Source of the DNA: Puccinia triticina
Lineage: Eukaryota
DNA length: 64,000 nucleotides
Direction: 5' to 3'
NCBI GenBank assembly: GCA_026914245.1
Contig: CP110440.1
Coordinates: 3,844,001 to 3,908,000, forward strand
In this document: one piece after another, positions 61,698 to 64,000 of the stretch
How positions within the stretch are numbered: the first letter of the stretch is position 1
How the letters are laid out: every line of letters begins with the position of its first letter
Notes under the pieces: generated by a model
What the model was told of the DNA's origin: nothing
Seen by the model: the letters and a program-made list of their open reading frames with translations, nothing else
Databases searched by the model: none
Program-made: the position numbers and the translations under genes

Positions 61698-62242
61698 TAT
61701 AGAGACTCAGGCTCACACCAAGGATCAGGAGGGTACTGGGGATACTGCCAGTGGATCAGAAAGATGATGGAATTTCTCATGGATCAGAGCAAGTCCCATG
61801 TTGTCCCATCCTCCAAGTTCAAACTTGAACTTGGACTCTGGGGAGTGACATGTCACAGGACATGTCATCACATCCCTAACTACAAAACAAAACCACCAGG
61901 AAAGAAAAGAAAACAAAACCCAACAAACAACAAGCAGAAGAAAAGAATAAACAAAGCTTAAAGAGGAAACCAAACAGGATAAAGTGAAGAAATAAAACAT
62001 CATGATAAACCCACATAGTACATGTGTTAGGACCAAGAAAGGAAAAGAGAAACTGGGAGGGATCCAGAATCTTGAGGCTGTGAGAAAGTGACGGAAGGGA
62101 TCATCTTGAGGATGAATCTTGAGGATCTTGAGGCTGAAGGGTCTTGAGAGGCTGGATAATTCTTCTCTTGAGGATTTTCTGATGAGTGATCTAAAATCTT
62201 GAAATCTTGATCTTGAGGCCCTGTACCAGTTTGACCACCACA
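61698..62242 (-). repeat. Solo or partial LTR related to the 37774 LTR family
   Basis: Minus strand begins TGTGGTGGTCAAA, has CTCAAGAT repeats, and shares the ATGACATG..GTGACA..TCCAAGTTC..GAACTTGGAGGAT..CTGATCC block with the Gypsy LTR. No TSD found. Confidence 0.6.
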
Positions 62243-62388
62243 GCGGGTGGAGGATATTTTTTAGTTCTCTTCCTTTTCTCTATAAAAACACAGTGGGGAG
62301 GGAGGATTCTGCATCATACTCCCCACAGACTCTCTTTTTACAGTTTTACTTTACTTTTTGGATTGATGTGCTTCTTTTACTTTGTGTA

Positions 62389-62413
62389 CTAGAGGCCAAG
62401 GCGGCTGCGCCGC
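62389..62413 (-). mobile_element. Helitron 3' terminus
   Basis: On the minus strand, hairpin GCGGC-GCA-GCCGC lies 8 nt before CTAG|T. Confidence 0.45.
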
Positions 62414-64000
62414 TGCAGGGGAAAAATGCACAACATGACCCACACTGAAAACCACAACCTTCTCAAAAACTCTGGAAAATGATGGCCTCACTCTTAGTTG
62501 TCATCCCAGTTGTGTCATCAACTTACCCATTCCTCAAGGAATCACTTCAAGCTACACATCATAACAAGTTAATCCAGCTTTGATTTTAAACCTTTAAACC
62601 CAATTCCAGTTAGACCCTAAGGCCAACAGTAAGACTCAAAGTCAAGTGCACTTCAGGGCTTCCATTAGACTCTCCTTCATTGAATAAATTTTTACTAAAA
62701 CAGTCATTTAGTCATTTGAATTCAGTCAACAGGTAAATTTTTACAAATATGTTTTGAATAATCCATAGCTCTCAAGGTCCATAAGACACAATTGTAATGA
62801 GAAAATTCTTAGGAATCTTGAGCTTGTAACATGGCAATTGAAAAAAAAGCTTAATCTGATTCAAATACACCAAATATCCTGCCAGAAATAATCTAATAAA
62901 ACAACCTCAGGTTAATATAGAAGACATATCTCAAAGTGTAAGGTTACTTTCACACATAGAAAACAGATCAACCCTTGTTAATCTTCACCCCCGCTAAGCT
63001 TCCGTAAAACCAAGCGTGATGACCTAAAAGTGACGTTCCTAGGCCAAACACCATTTCAATGCCAGCTGGTATAACAAAGTCAATTATAAACCTGGGATTG
63101 TGATTCTGATTAAATCAATTAGACAAGTTTGAATCAAGGACGGCATCAAGTTGACTCACATTGACTTGGTGCTTGAGATTAATCACATAGATTGGCCCAT
63201 GGTTGGGCAAATCACCTGGAAGAGTAGCGAGCTATAGAAGTCATCGGTAAGGACAGTCCCGGCGATTGTTTGTTGTTGATTGTTCAGAGGGACAGTAAGG
63301 ACACAGGACGGCCAGTACAAGAGTTAAAGAAAGGTAGTAGGTTATTGTTTGGCCACCAGGAAAAAAACAGTGGTGGGCCATCTTTTGGACGGTCCGTTCA
63401 AGGCCACCAAAAAAAAAAGGAGGAGGGGATGTTTGCTTGATCAAATGGTCTTCTACCCCCCGAGTTAAAAGGAAGACAAGGGCCCTGTACGCTGTCGTGC
63501 GGTGGATTGTTTGGCTGAGAGAGAAAAGGAGAGGGGGGCGGACGCCAGTTGTCCGGTTGACTGGTTGGTTGAAGAAGGAAAAAAAGGGTCCGGCGTTGTA
63601 TTAATAGGAGACAGGGGACCGTTGTTTGTTCATTGTGCGAGCCATGGAAGAAAGAGAAAGGGGGGCCAGTTGGAGGGCGGGTCCAATCAAGATAAAAAAA
63701 AAGCGAGTATAGTGAGGTTGTCTGTCTGGTTGTATTCTGAGCTGTAAGAAGGGAGAAAGGGGCCGGGGCCGTTGGTTGTCCAACAGTCCAATCCAAGCTG
63801 CACAAAAAACTTACGAGGGCGGGGGACTGGTTGTTTGTCCACTCAATTGTCCCACCCAAGCAATCAGGGAAAACGACGAAGCCCTGGCGAGGTAGAATGA
63901 CCTGGGGAGATCCGATATTGAACCTATTGTACTGGAGACAAAATGAGATCAGGCGGGCGTAGTTTTTTTGCTTGGCTCTTCGTCCTATGAAGTCCAAAAG

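Overview
Eukaryotic, intron-rich, repeat-dense fungal DNA, probably a rust fungus (Pucciniales; inferred from the gene set, intron style and repeat families). Host genes: the 3' end of a berberine-bridge-type FAD oxidoreductase, a KIF22/kinesin-10-like motor, a two-exon Ser/Pro-rich hypothetical gene, BUB3, a small secreted Cys-rich effector candidate and KEL3/KLHDC4. Most of the rest is mobile DNA. Two observations stand out. (1) An 8.3-8.6 kb hAT transposon is present twice (13128-21699 and 38480-46747). It carries a TET/JBP-like 2OG-Fe(II) dioxygenase gene upstream of an 8-exon transposase, makes 7-bp TSDs and probably uses an AT-AC intron. (2) A Ty3/Gypsy LTR retrotransposon (37774-54511) has the second hAT copy inserted in its 5' LTR. 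It contains four mutually homologous ~110-nt GT-AG intron-like units, a ~53-nt tRNA-Tyr-complementary PBS, and a UUUUUUA plus hairpin -1 frameshift signal placed after the protease. Also present: a 7.8-kb TA-flanked TIR element enclosing Helitron remnants, and several MITEs. All alignments, translations and counts were done by eye; no database searches were run.
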